A stretch of 64,000 nucleotides of DNA from a virus. A program made the translations under genes and the position numbers. This document shows, piece by piece, positions 38,232 through 47,643 of the stretch (its first letter is position 1; every line of letters starts with the position of its first letter). Location of the stretch: the IMG/VR virus record IMGVR_UViG_3300017727_000002. One strand, 5' to 3'. The notes beneath the pieces are model-generated. The model searched no databases, had not been told where the DNA came from, and saw nothing but the letters and a program-made list of their open reading frames with translations.

Positions 38232-40604
38232 ATGAATAATTCTAAAGATATACTTGCTAAATTACTCAGTACTGAAGATGTACAAGTAGTTCGTGCTTCA
38301 GTTCCTACTGCATCGTTCGATGTAAAAAATCGTGTTCTTACACTTCCAACTTTCGTAAATCTTGAAGAGACTGTTGAAAACTTGATGATTGGTCATGAAG
38401 TTGGTCATGCTTTATGGACTGACCCCAATTATGCTACTGAAGAAGTCATGAAGGATAAACTTACTAAAAACTATGCGAATGTTATTGAAGATGTTCGTAT
38501 TGAAAAGCTAATTCAAGCTGAGTATCCTGGACTTCGTACTGACTTTTTACAAGGTTATAAAAAACTTGCTGATGATGACTTCTTTCAAATTAAAGGTAAA
38601 GATGTAAACTCTCTACACCTAATTGATAAAATTAACCTGTATTTTAAAATTGGTCTTAAGTCTGGTATCAAATTTTCTGATGAAGAATTCAAAATAGTTT
38701 CTAGAGTTGATAGCTGTAAAACTTTCCCGCAGGTTATTGAACTTGCTAAAGAGTTGGCTGAGTATGCTCGTAAAAAGAAAAAAGAAGAAGAAGAAGCACT
38801 TCAGGAACAAATGGCTCAAGCAGGTGACCTGAATGATGCTGACCTCGACGAAGAATATGAAACTAAAGAAAGCGATGACGATACTGAATACGATGAAAGC
38901 GATTCAGAATCTAATAGTGAAGAGGTTGAAACTAAAGAAAGCGATGACGATAATGGTGATAGTTTCTCATCTGGTCTTGAAGGTGGTTCGGGTCAAGCTG
39001 ACCAAACTCCTGAATATTCTGATACTTCTTTAGAATCTCAAACTCAAGCATCGCTTGATACTAAGATGACTGAACATGCTAAGTATGATGGTAAGATATT
39101 TAGAAATGTTCAAATGGAAGAATATCCTATGGGTGTAGATCCTAAAATTTCTTACAAAAAAATTCTTAAGCAGATTAAAACTCCAGGAGCTGATGGTTAT
39201 AAAAGCGATAACGAATCTGTTCATAGTGAAATTATGAATGATAGTAAAGTTATTAAAGATAATGGTTCGTCTGTATATTTGGATAGTGGTTGGCATGCTG
39301 GTGATACAGAAACATTTAAAGACTACTATGGTAGAGAATATCTTGGCGATAAGTCTGGTGCATACTATAAAGAAGACTATGATAATTTTATGAACAATAT
39401 TAAGTCTGATATTGATTATATGGTAAAAGAGTTTGAGATGAAAAAATCTGCTCAAAGGTATGCTCGTACTGAAACTGCTAAGACTGGTCAGTTAGATGTA
39501 AAAAAACTTTACAACTACAAACTGTCTGAAGATTTATTCAAAAGAATTAATGTTGTTTCTGATGATAAAAATCATGGATTCGTTATGTTAGTTGACTGGT
39601 CTGGTTCTATGCAAAATATTATGCGTGATACTATGAGACAAGTAATTATTCTTTCAACTTTCTGTCGTAAAGTGAATATTCCTTTCGAAGTATTGGCATT
39701 TTCTAATCATGATAATGTACATAACAGATATTCTAATGATAATGAAAATTCTGTAGAGTTAGTATCCCAGGAAGATTACGAAAAAGTGGTTGCTGCAAAA
39801 TCTGCTAATAATGAAAAACTACATCATATTAGAAGAGAAAATATGTGGTTGTACCAACTACTTACTAATGAGATGAATAATAAAGAGTTTGATGAAATGT
39901 GTTTTTACTTACACTCTTTCTTATGGTACTACTCATACAACCTTTCACTTTCAGGTACTCCTTTGACTGAAGCACTTGAAATTATGGTTGGTTATACTTC
40001 TAGATTTCAAAAGCAACATAATCTTGATAAATTAAACTTTATCACTTTGACTGATGGTGCTGGATATAGTAGAGGTATTCAATCTAATTACCAACTTGAA
40101 AGGGAACTGTATCCTGATATCAATGGTCGTCCTTTGAGAGGTTCTTATGTTGATACTCTTATAGATCCTGTGACTAAAAAGAAATATGTTGTTTCAGGTT
40201 CTAGAAATAATTTTGATTTTGCTTTCCTCGATGCTATCAAGTCTAGAGGTTGTACTACTATCGGATATTTCCTAGGAAGAAATTCTTTTAGAGGTATGCA
40301 ACAGTTCTATCACTACAACCATCCTTCTTACGATGGGAATGGTGAATATCCTATGTTTGGGTTTGATAAAGCTAGATTAGAGATTCGTAAGAATGGTGGT
40401 TGGGGATCTTTCTCTGACTTCGGTCGCGATGAAATGTTTTTCTTAGATACAGCTAAATTAAATCCTGCTAGTGTAGATGCTACTGATATTGATAACATCG
40501 AGAAAAAAACTGCTAGTCAAATCGCTAGGCAATTCACTAAAGGTTTGAAAACTAACAGGCAATCTAAAGTTCTTATGAATACTTTCGTAGATAGGGTAGC
40601 ATGA
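38232..40604 (+). CDS. CobT-like protein: N-terminal HExxH metallopeptidase-like domain, acidic linker and VWA domain
   Basis: GHEVGHALWT; DWSGSM MIDAS; LSGTPL and LTDG; start corrected to the ATG after GAGG. Confidence 0.8.
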   Translation: MNNSKDILAKLLSTEDVQVVRASVPTASFDVKNRVLTLPTFVNLEETVENLMIGHEVGHALWTDPNYATEEVMKDKLTKNYANVIEDVRIEKLIQAEYPGLRTDFLQGYKKLADDDFFQIKGKDVNSLHLIDKINLYFKIGLKSGIKFSDEEFKIVSRVDSCKTFPQVIELAKELAEYARKKKKEEEEALQEQMAQAGDLNDADLDEEYETKESDDDTEYDESDSESNSEEVETKESDDDNGDSFSSGLEGGSGQADQTPEYSDTSLESQTQASLDTKMTEHAKYDGKIFRNVQMEEYPMGVDPKISYKKILKQIKTPGADGYKSDNESVHSEIMNDSKVIKDNGSSVYLDSGWHAGDTETFKDYYGREYLGDKSGAYYKEDYDNFMNNIKSDIDYMVKEFEMKKSAQRYARTETAKTGQLDVKKLYNYKLSEDLFKRINVVSDDKNHGFVMLVDWSGSMQNIMRDTMRQVIILSTFCRKVNIPFEVLAFSNHDNVHNRYSNDNENSVELVSQEDYEKVVAAKSANNEKLHHIRRENMWLYQLLTNEMNNKEFDEMCFYLHSFLWYYSYNLSLSGTPLTEALEIMVGYTSRFQKQHNLDKLNFITLTDGAGYSRGIQSNYQLERELYPDINGRPLRGSYVDTLIDPVTKKKYVVSGSRNNFDFAFLDAIKSRGCTTIGYFLGRNSFRGMQQFYHYNHPSYDGNGEYPMFGFDKARLEIRKNGGWGSFSDFGRDEMFFLDTAKLNPASVDATDIDNIEKKTASQIARQFTKGLKTNRQSKVLMNTFVDRVA

Positions 40605-40906
40605 CACAAGAAGAAATAAAACAAAAGATTAAGCAAAGGCGAACACAAATGTTAGTCCACTCCTGCATTTATTATGAAATGAATGACAACATTGTCGATG
40701 ATGCGACATGGCAGAAGTGGGCTGACGAACTTCGTGATTTGCAAAACGAACATCCATTACTTTGTCAAATAGAATTTTTTGATGAAGTATTTGCTCGGTG
40801 GGATGGATCCACTGGTCATCATTTACCTCTCAGAGATCCGTGGGTTTTTGACCGAGCAACCCTTTTAATAAATGCTAAAGAGAAAGGATATGGTACTTCT
40901 TTATGA
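40601..40906 (+). CDS. Stand-alone NAD-dependent DNA ligase domain Ia-like protein
   Basis: HSCIYYEMNDNIVDDATWQKWADELRDLQNEHP aligns by eye with the LigA Ia pattern H..xYY..D.P.I.D.xYD.L..EL..LE..HP. Confidence 0.55.
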   Translation: MTQEEIKQKIKQRRTQMLVHSCIYYEMNDNIVDDATWQKWADELRDLQNEHPLLCQIEFFDEVFARWDGSTGHHLPLRDPWVFDRATLLINAKEKGYGTSL

Positions 40907-41142
40907 GAAAAGAGAAAACACCCCCACCCAATTCAAAACTAAGATATCATGTAAAGCGAAAAGGTAAATCTTTTCATGTGATAGAAAATGGTGGCGATTA
41001 TCAAAACAAAGTTATCCATGAAACTTCTGATAAAAAAGAAGCATATCGGATATCTAAAATACAAAGTAAAACTCAACAGTGGGCACCGAATGCTGGTGTA
41101 CCTTTATATCTATGTCCTACTCAGGTTATACAGCAGTCATAG
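40903..41142 (+). CDS. Small basic hypothetical protein
   Basis: ATGA-coupled ORF. Confidence 0.5.
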   Translation: MRKEKTPPPNSKLRYHVKRKGKSFHVIENGGDYQNKVIHETSDKKEAYRISKIQSKTQQWAPNAGVPLYLCPTQVIQQS

Positions 41143-41963
41143 GAATTTTAATCAGTGACAACCACAGTAAAGAAGATATTCTTAACTGTATGAAAAGTTG
41201 TCAAGGATATCCTATATGGGTACACGCGAACACCAATGATACTAATTGGGCAGATAGGATGAAGATTGCTTGTGAAGAAACAGGTTGTCATTATTTTTCT
41301 AGCACTAGAAGTAATGGTAATCCAGGATTTGGTAAAAACTTGATGATGAGAAACTTTGGTATGGATACTAATTTAAGATTCTTTAGTTATTGCTTTCTAA
41401 TAGATGGCGATGACGCATGGGGATCTACACTGCCTGAGTTATTCAAAAGGAAGTACGATGGCGACTTCTTATTCTCATCAGGTGGCAAGTATAAGTGGAA
41501 AGATGAGATATATGAAAAGGTTGAACTGGCTCAGCTGAGCGAACAAATAAGAAAGGATATGGGGGATAAGTACGATAAGCCAACATCCTATATATCTGAG
41601 TGGTTGGATTTAAGAGAGTTATTACAGAAATTTTATCAGCATCCTAATAATGAGCATGGCACATTAAATAGATTGATAGGATTTCATAAGGGTTCAATCT
41701 ATAAATTACAGTTTAAAGAAGATATTAAAATAGCTGAAGACCTAATTTTTCATATTGAAGCATTGATGGCTGACAAAAGAAAAGAGTTTAAGATACAATA
41801 TTTACATGATGATGACTTATACTTATATCAACCAAATGAAAGAGGAATACATTATTACTCTTTTTCTAGACCAAAAGAAAACTGGTTAGCGAGAGTAAGA
41901 GCATATCTACCAAAGGCATATCCTAAAAGTTTGAAAAAATATAAAGTGGACTGGATAAAATGA
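41112..41963 (+). CDS. Putative GT-A fold glycosyltransferase
   Basis: SNGNPGFGKN and FLIDGDD (DxD) motifs, and a later EDL; start moved to ATG 41112. Confidence 0.5.
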   Translation: MSYSGYTAVIGILISDNHSKEDILNCMKSCQGYPIWVHANTNDTNWADRMKIACEETGCHYFSSTRSNGNPGFGKNLMMRNFGMDTNLRFFSYCFLIDGDDAWGSTLPELFKRKYDGDFLFSSGGKYKWKDEIYEKVELAQLSEQIRKDMGDKYDKPTSYISEWLDLRELLQKFYQHPNNEHGTLNRLIGFHKGSIYKLQFKEDIKIAEDLIFHIEALMADKRKEFKIQYLHDDDLYLYQPNERGIHYYSFSRPKENWLARVRAYLPKAYPKSLKKYKVDWIK

Positions 41964-42613
41964 CATATATCGTTCCTAAAAAAGTTTATTACATACATAT
42001 CCCCAAAGCTGGTGGTACGACTGAGAAGTACAAACTGAAGGAACTATATGGTAATGATATGAAAGAAGTGACCACAGGAAAGCATAGTCCTTATGATAAA
42101 CAGTATGCTGATTATGATTGTATATATACACATGTAAGGAATCCGCATGATAGATTATTGTCAATTTATTTGTTTTGGTTTGAACTTAAATTTATGCCAC
42201 AAAAACATATTACTGATAAAAGAATAGACTTTATGCAATATGAACACAAACAAAGAATATCGCAAAATTTTGGACATTATATGGGTGGGATGTCAAAGTT
42301 TGATACTATGCTTTACAATAAGATAACTCCACTTATTCAAGATAATAATCCTGAAAATTATTACAAGTGGTTAGATACTGTAGGAAAAGCAAATGATGAA
42401 ATGGATTGTTTCTTTGAATATCGACCATGGCTTCAACAACATTTATGGTTGGCTGATAATGTATTCGTAAAGAAGATTGAAGATGAAGGTGGCGAAAAAT
42501 TAAATATTACCAGCAGAATGCCAGAACATGATGATAATGATTACTTACAAATAGGCAAACCACTAATAGAAAAATATTACAAAGAAGACTTAGAAAGGTT
42601 CGGATATGAATAG
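41960..42613 (+). CDS. Sulfotransferase family 2-like protein
   Basis: YIHIPKAGGTT (5'-PSB loop) and VRNPHDRLLSIY (3'-PB motif). Confidence 0.75.
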   Translation: MTYIVPKKVYYIHIPKAGGTTEKYKLKELYGNDMKEVTTGKHSPYDKQYADYDCIYTHVRNPHDRLLSIYLFWFELKFMPQKHITDKRIDFMQYEHKQRISQNFGHYMGGMSKFDTMLYNKITPLIQDNNPENYYKWLDTVGKANDEMDCFFEYRPWLQQHLWLADNVFVKKIEDEGGEKLNITSRMPEHDDNDYLQIGKPLIEKYYKEDLERFGYE

Positions 42614-42696
42614 GTTTAAATTTTATCTAGAAATAATTACCTGCTTTTTTATTATCGCAGGGATAATACGACATTATTAACAAGGAGAACTATAAC

Positions 42697-42954
42697 ATGG
42701 GAAAACATATAAAAACATCAATGGACGAAAAGGTAGTGGATTATCTTGCTATTGAATTATGGCGAAAAGATCCAAACAATAAAGTCCTCCATCAGTTGAT
42801 GGGTATGCAGAATGAGGAAGGAAACCATATTCGTAAGACTATCGATGCTTATGATAAAACAGGTGAGTTTCCAACCCACTATAATACCGATGGAACATGG
42901 AAATATTCGTCTGGACAGATAAGTTTTGACGCATTTTTATCACAAGGAAAGTAA
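42697..42954 (+). CDS. Hypothetical protein
   Basis: SD AGGAG; clean ORF. Confidence 0.6.
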   Translation: MGKHIKTSMDEKVVDYLAIELWRKDPNNKVLHQLMGMQNEEGNHIRKTIDAYDKTGEFPTHYNTDGTWKYSSGQISFDAFLSQGK

Positions 42955-42959
42955 AAAAG

Positions 42960-43055
42960 GTTATAAGTAGTTGTTTTTTAATAATAAAAAAATCTTAAAA
43001 AATGGACGATTTTACTTTACTTTTGGGTCAAATGAGAGTAGAATCATCTGTATAA
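42960..43055 (+). repeat. Early-promoter cassette, copy 2
   Basis: GTTATAAGTAG...GACGATTTTACTTTACTTTTGGGTCAAATGAGAGTAGAAT; -35 at 43016, -10 at 43039. Confidence 0.8.
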
Positions 43056-43083
43056 GTTAATAAATTAAAGCGAGGTATATATT

Positions 43084-44289
43084 ATGACAAACTTATCTAA
43101 AGAAACTGCTTTCCTAGAAAGAGCATTTGAGCTTTTTCCTGAAGCAAGTGACAGTCGTGAAATGACTGCCAAACAAATACTAGAAGTCAGATCTTCTGGT
43201 ATTTCTGTACCAGGATCTATCTGGGAAAATAAAGTTGCTAACAGCAAACCAGCACTTTATGTAATTCCAGGTGGTTCTGTTTCTAAACCAGTTGCTGACC
43301 CAGTTGCTGTTGATACTGTATCAACACCATCTACTAAGTCTTCAGCTGTTTCAACAACTGTTGATAAAAATAGTTTGGTTCCATGTGTGGATCCTAACTA
43401 TGTTCCTTTCGGAAACTATCGTGACTTACAAATTATTGTGAAGTCTGGTATGTTTTATCCTTCTTACATAGCAGGTCCGACTGGTAATGGTAAATCTACT
43501 AGCATTGAGCAAATCTGTGCTAAGCAGAAAAAACCTTTAATTCGTGTCAACTTAAATACTATGACTGATGAAGACCAGTTGATTGGTTCTAAAACTTTGG
43601 TCGATGGTAATGTTGAAATCGTAGAAGGTCCAATTGTAATCGCTATGAGATTTGGTATCCCTCTTCTTCTTGATGAGATTGATGCTGGTGGTGCGAATAC
43701 ACTTCTTTGTTTACAACCTATCCTTGAAGGAAAACCATTTTATTTCAAATTAAAAAATGAAATGATTACTCCTGCTCCAGGATTTAATATCTTCGCAACT
43801 GCGAACACTAAAGGTAAAGGATCTGACGATGGTAGATACATCGGTACGAATGTCCTTAACGAAGCATTCCTAGAAAGGTTTGCTGTGACTTTTAACCAAC
43901 CTTACCCAACTGAAAAAGTTGAGTTAGAGATTGTTAAAAATCTGTTCGTTCACTTTGGTCTAGCTGACCAGAAGAAAACTATCAACCAATCTAAAAGTCT
44001 TGACGACTTTGCTTCTAACTTAGTTAAGTGGGCAGCAGTTGTTCGTAAGACTTTTGATGATGGTGGGTGTGACGAGAATATCACTACTCGTAGGTTGACT
44101 CACATTGTTCGTGCTTTTTCTATCTTTAAAAACGAGAAGAAAGCAATTGAACTTTGCTTGAATAGGTTTGATGATGTCACTAAAATGGCATTCCTTGACC
44201 TTTACACTAAAATCTCTGCTGGGGAAATGGATTCTCCAGCTGAGGAAGATAGTGATAGAAACCCATTTACTGAAGAGGTATCTGAATAA
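43084..44289 (+). CDS. MoxR-type AAA+ ATPase (CobS-like)
   Basis: GPTGNGKS Walker A, LLLDEID Walker B, ATANTKG sensor, AFLERF. Confidence 0.9.
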   Translation: MTNLSKETAFLERAFELFPEASDSREMTAKQILEVRSSGISVPGSIWENKVANSKPALYVIPGGSVSKPVADPVAVDTVSTPSTKSSAVSTTVDKNSLVPCVDPNYVPFGNYRDLQIIVKSGMFYPSYIAGPTGNGKSTSIEQICAKQKKPLIRVNLNTMTDEDQLIGSKTLVDGNVEIVEGPIVIAMRFGIPLLLDEIDAGGANTLLCLQPILEGKPFYFKLKNEMITPAPGFNIFATANTKGKGSDDGRYIGTNVLNEAFLERFAVTFNQPYPTEKVELEIVKNLFVHFGLADQKKTINQSKSLDDFASNLVKWAAVVRKTFDDGGCDENITTRRLTHIVRAFSIFKNEKKAIELCLNRFDDVTKMAFLDLYTKISAGEMDSPAEEDSDRNPFTEEVSE

Positions 44290-44729
44290 TGGAACTTACA
44301 CCATACGAACTTCTTACTAAGTTTCAAAAGCGATGGGTAGATAACATGATTGTTGTCTATCCTGAACTTGAGACTGGTGGTGCTATTACTTTGGAAAAAT
44401 GTACTGAAGGGATTGTTAAGCTGAAAGAAAAACATGCTGAAGATCCTAGTTTTCCTAAGATCGGTACACCTAATTGGAATTATAAGATTAACAAGATCGA
44501 CAAAGGCATCTATTTCTTTCCTGCTCCAGGAGCAGACTCAGAGATGGCGATTCGTGAAGCTGAGGATATAAAGATATCTCGTTTACCGAAACCAAAGTTT
44601 GTCATAAAAGACGAGGAAGATGCCGACTTCGTTCAGGAACTGAAAGACTTCGGTATTGATATAGATGTCGCCGATGAAGATAATGGTGTTTCAGTTCCTG
44701 ATTTAAGGGATTCATCTGTTATTGACTGA
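44289..44729 (+). CDS. Hypothetical protein
   Basis: TAATG-coupled to the AAA ATPase; acidic tail. Confidence 0.6.
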   Translation: MELTPYELLTKFQKRWVDNMIVVYPELETGGAITLEKCTEGIVKLKEKHAEDPSFPKIGTPNWNYKINKIDKGIYFFPAPGADSEMAIREAEDIKISRLPKPKFVIKDEEDADFVQELKDFGIDIDVADEDNGVSVPDLRDSSVID

Positions 44730-44745
44730 CGATAGCTGATGATAG

Positions 44746-44776
44746 AAAGGGAAGGACTGCCATCTCCTTCCCTTTT
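44746..44776 (+). terminator. Hairpin / probable terminator or processing signal before the tRNA
   Basis: AAAGGGAAGGA-8 nt-TCCTTCCCTTT perfect 11-bp stem. Confidence 0.55.
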
Positions 44777-44795
44777 GCATTTATTTACAGTGGAT

Positions 44796-44871
44796 GGACT
44801 CGTGGTGAAACTGGATATCACACTAGTCTTCTAAACTTGTATTACAGGTTCGAGTCCTGTCGAGTCCACCA
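44796..44871 (+). tRNA. trnR-UCU: tRNA-Arg (anticodon UCU)
   Basis: Acceptor GGACTCG/CGAGTCC; D-stem GTGA/TCAC; anticodon loop CT-TCT-AA (one T-T mismatch in the stem); T-arm ACAGG-TTCGAGT-CCTGT; encoded CCA. Confidence 0.92.
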
Positions 44872-44872
44872 C

Positions 44873-44901
44873 TTTACTTTTAAGTTTTTTTAATATAGAG
44901 T
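44873..44901 (+). promoter_or_regulatory. sigma70-type promoter (TTTACT-N17-TAGAGT)
   Basis: Begins directly after the tRNA CCA; consensus match. Confidence 0.65.
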
Positions 44902-44908
44902 ATTGAAT

Positions 44909-45202
44909 ATGAAAAATAAAAATCCTAATATTGATTATAAATTTGATGAAGATAAACTTATTGAAGACTTCAAAGAATATATTGATAAAACTTACATGGG
45001 GCACTACAGTAAAAACTCATTTCAAGCAAGTGAATTTATTATTGATTGTGGTCATGGTATGGGATTTTTTATGGGTAATGTATTGAAGTATGCCCAAAGG
45101 TATGGCAAGAAAGATGGTTATAATCGTGCCGATATTTTAAAAATACTTCACTATGCATTGATGGCTTTACATCAACATGATAAAATTAACAAGGAGAAAT
45201 AA
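44909..45202 (+). CDS. DUF3310 (SaV-like) protein
   Basis: HY...FFMGNVLKYAQRYGKKDG...DILKILHY. Confidence 0.8.
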   Translation: MKNKNPNIDYKFDEDKLIEDFKEYIDKTYMGHYSKNSFQASEFIIDCGHGMGFFMGNVLKYAQRYGKKDGYNRADILKILHYALMALHQHDKINKEK

Positions 45203-45206
45203 TATT

Positions 45207-45872
45207 ATGAAAATTTCAAAAGAAACTTTGAGTGTCCTTAAGAACTTTGCCACTATTAATGGCAATATTCTTATTAAAGCTGGTAATCGTTTATCGACTA
45301 TATCAGCACAAAAAAATGTTATGGCTAGTACTACTGTCCAAGAAAACTTTGATGGTGAGTTTGGTATCTATGACTTAAATGAGTTTTTGGGTGTGTATTC
45401 TTTATTTGATGCAGATCCTGAACTTGCCTTTGATGAAAAGTTTGTCACTGTAGCAAATGGTAAATCTAAAGTAAAATATTTTGCTGCCGATCCATCAGTT
45501 CTAGCATCGCCAACTAAAGATGCTCTTCCTGTTGATGCAGATATTGAATTCGACTTATCAAAAACTATGTATGATATGATTATGAAAACATCTTCAGTAT
45601 TGAGATCTGGTGATGTATCATTCATTGGTGATGGTTCGAATGTTAGTGTAGTTGTAGCTGATAAAAAGAATGCTACTTCTAACTCTTGGGATGCTACTTT
45701 GGGCACAACTGATAAAGTGTTTAAAGTAAATTTCAGGATTGATAATTTCAAAATGCTAGATGGGGATTATGTAGTTTCTATTTCTAAGAAAAGAATCTCT
45801 AAGTTTGCTTCTAAGATGAATGACTTGACTTACTTCATCGCAGTTGAAGCTGACTCTACTTTTGACTTTTAA
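45207..45872 (+). CDS. 45: Sliding clamp gp45 (start corrected to ATG 45207)
   Basis: MKISKETLSVLKNFATIN, FGIYDLNEFL, YFIAVE. Confidence 0.96.
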   Translation: MKISKETLSVLKNFATINGNILIKAGNRLSTISAQKNVMASTTVQENFDGEFGIYDLNEFLGVYSLFDADPELAFDEKFVTVANGKSKVKYFAADPSVLASPTKDALPVDADIEFDLSKTMYDMIMKTSSVLRSGDVSFIGDGSNVSVVVADKKNATSNSWDATLGTTDKVFKVNFRIDNFKMLDGDYVVSISKKRISKFASKMNDLTYFIAVEADSTFDF

Positions 45873-45893
45873 TTTTACTGAGAGATTTATATT

Positions 45894-46832
45894 ATGGATG
45901 ACCAATTTATTTGGGTCGAGAAATACAGACCTAAGACTATTGAGGAGTGTGTCCTTCCTGACAGTTTAAGGGATACATTCAAAGAGTTTGTTGCTAGTGG
46001 GCAACTGCCGAACTTCCTGTTCTGTGGTACTGCTGGTGTCGGTAAAACTACTGTCGCCAAAGCACTATGCAACGAAGTCGGTGCTGAGTATCTGTTCATT
46101 AATGGTTCCGAAGAATCTGGCATTGATGTGATACGAACAAAAATCAAAAACTTTGCTTCGTCGGTTTCCCTGACTGACTCAAAGAAAATCGTTATTCTTG
46201 ATGAAGCTGATTATTTGAATCCGAACAGTACTCAGCCAGCACTGAGAGCATTTATCGAAGAGTTCTCTGGGAACTGCCGATTTATATTTACCTGTAATTT
46301 TAAGAATAGGATTATTGAGCCACTTCACTCTAGATGTGCTGTGGTTGAGTTTAGGACTGATGCTAAGGATAAACCAGCAGTTGCTACAGCTTTCTATAAA
46401 AGAGTGGAGCATATTCTTAATACTGAGGGTGTGGACTTTGAGCAAAAAGCAGTTGTAGAAATTATACAAAAACATTATCCTGACTTCCGAAGGGTGCTGA
46501 ACGAACTTCAAAGATATTCAGTATCTGGTAAGATAGATAGTGGCATTATGATTAATGTCAGTGAAGAGTCCTGGAATAATCTCTTTACACTTCTAAAGGA
46601 TAAGAACTTCAAAGAGGTTCGTAAATGGGTCACTAAAAATAGTGATATTGAAACAACCCAATTATTTTCTGATATATTTAATAATGCTAATAACAAACTA
46701 GAATCTGCTTCAGTTCCACAAATGGTTCTGATTCTCGCAGATTATCAGTATAAAGCAGCATTTGTCGCTGACCATGAACTTAATAAAATGGCAGCACTTA
46801 CAGAGATAATGGCTTCCTGTAAGTTTAAATAA
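45894..46832 (+). CDS. 44: Clamp loader large subunit gp44
   Basis: WVEKYRPKTIEECVLP, GTAGVGKT, ILDEAD, PLHSRC. Confidence 0.97.
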   Translation: MDDQFIWVEKYRPKTIEECVLPDSLRDTFKEFVASGQLPNFLFCGTAGVGKTTVAKALCNEVGAEYLFINGSEESGIDVIRTKIKNFASSVSLTDSKKIVILDEADYLNPNSTQPALRAFIEEFSGNCRFIFTCNFKNRIIEPLHSRCAVVEFRTDAKDKPAVATAFYKRVEHILNTEGVDFEQKAVVEIIQKHYPDFRRVLNELQRYSVSGKIDSGIMINVSEESWNNLFTLLKDKNFKEVRKWVTKNSDIETTQLFSDIFNNANNKLESASVPQMVLILADYQYKAAFVADHELNKMAALTEIMASCKFK

Positions 46833-47215
46833 TGGCAAACCCTTTCCTTTATATTAACAACATAACTAACGACAAGAAGGATCTATTCCAGGATAATCCT
46901 CTTGCCGATAAGGATTATGTACCCTTTATTATTAATAGAGGTTTGAGTTATTTCCCTGACACAATAATGCAGTCCAACATGATGAACCAATATCATGATA
47001 TCCCGAAGTCTTGGCAATACTATTTTTTACTAAATACTATTACAAAAGGCAAAAGGTTCTCGAAGTGGCATAAAAATGAGAAGCAAACCGAGTCTTTGAA
47101 ACTGGTTATGGAATATTATGGATATTCTCCAGAAAAGGCTCGTCAGGTGATGGATATATTAACAACTGACCAGATGAGCATTATTGAACAAAAACTAAAT
47201 AAAGGTGGTAAATAG
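46832..47215 (+). CDS. 62: Clamp loader small subunit gp62
   Basis: YVPFIINRGLSYFPDT, KRFSKW, YYGYSPEKA. Confidence 0.93.
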   Translation: MANPFLYINNITNDKKDLFQDNPLADKDYVPFIINRGLSYFPDTIMQSNMMNQYHDIPKSWQYYFLLNTITKGKRFSKWHKNEKQTESLKLVMEYYGYSPEKARQVMDILTTDQMSIIEQKLNKGGK

Positions 47216-47217
47216 AC

Positions 47218-47634
47218 ATGTCAGTTGAAATGATACATTACGATTGGACTGCGGAGAAGATGCTTGAAGTCACACTCCCAGAGCCAGATAACTTTCTAAA
47301 AGTTAGAGAAACCCTAACTCGAATAGGAATATCTTCTCGCACAGAAAACAAACTATTTCAGTCTTGCCATATTTTACATAAACAAGGCAAGTATTTCATA
47401 GTACATTTTAAAGAACTTTTCGCATTAGATGGTAAAGAATCTAATATAGCTAATAACGATATTGAGCGAAGGAATACTATTGCTGTTCTGCTACAAGATT
47501 GGGAACTATTAAATATTGTAGATTCTAGTCAAGCTGAGCCAAAAGCATCCCTCTCTCAGATTAAGGTTTTATCCCATAAAGATAAATCTTCTTGGGAATT
47601 AGTACCTAAATATAATATTGGGAAAAAGAAATAA
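47218..47634 (+). CDS. regA: Translational repressor RegA
   Basis: PDNFLKVRETLTRIG, QSCHILHKQGKYFIVHFKELFALDG. Confidence 0.97.
   Translation: MSVEMIHYDWTAEKMLEVTLPEPDNFLKVRETLTRIGISSRTENKLFQSCHILHKQGKYFIVHFKELFALDGKESNIANNDIERRNTIAVLLQDWELLNIVDSSQAEPKASLSQIKVLSHKDKSSWELVPKYNIGKKK
47606..47612 (+). promoter_or_regulatory. Late promoter (CTAAATA) embedded in the regA 3' end
   Basis: 31 nt before the ATG of the inserted fibre gene. Confidence 0.5.
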
Positions 47635-47643
47635 GGAGAGTAA

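Noticed and set aside
42640-42667. CCTGC...GCAGG inverted repeat with GATAAT as a further promoter or terminator
   Set aside because: Poor -35 at the correct spacing and only a 5-bp stem; not enough support.
38232-44289. CobT/CobS as cobalamin-synthesis auxiliary genes
   Set aside because: Only generic VWA and MoxR-AAA motifs are present and no CobN is seen; a chaperone-type pair is the safer reading.
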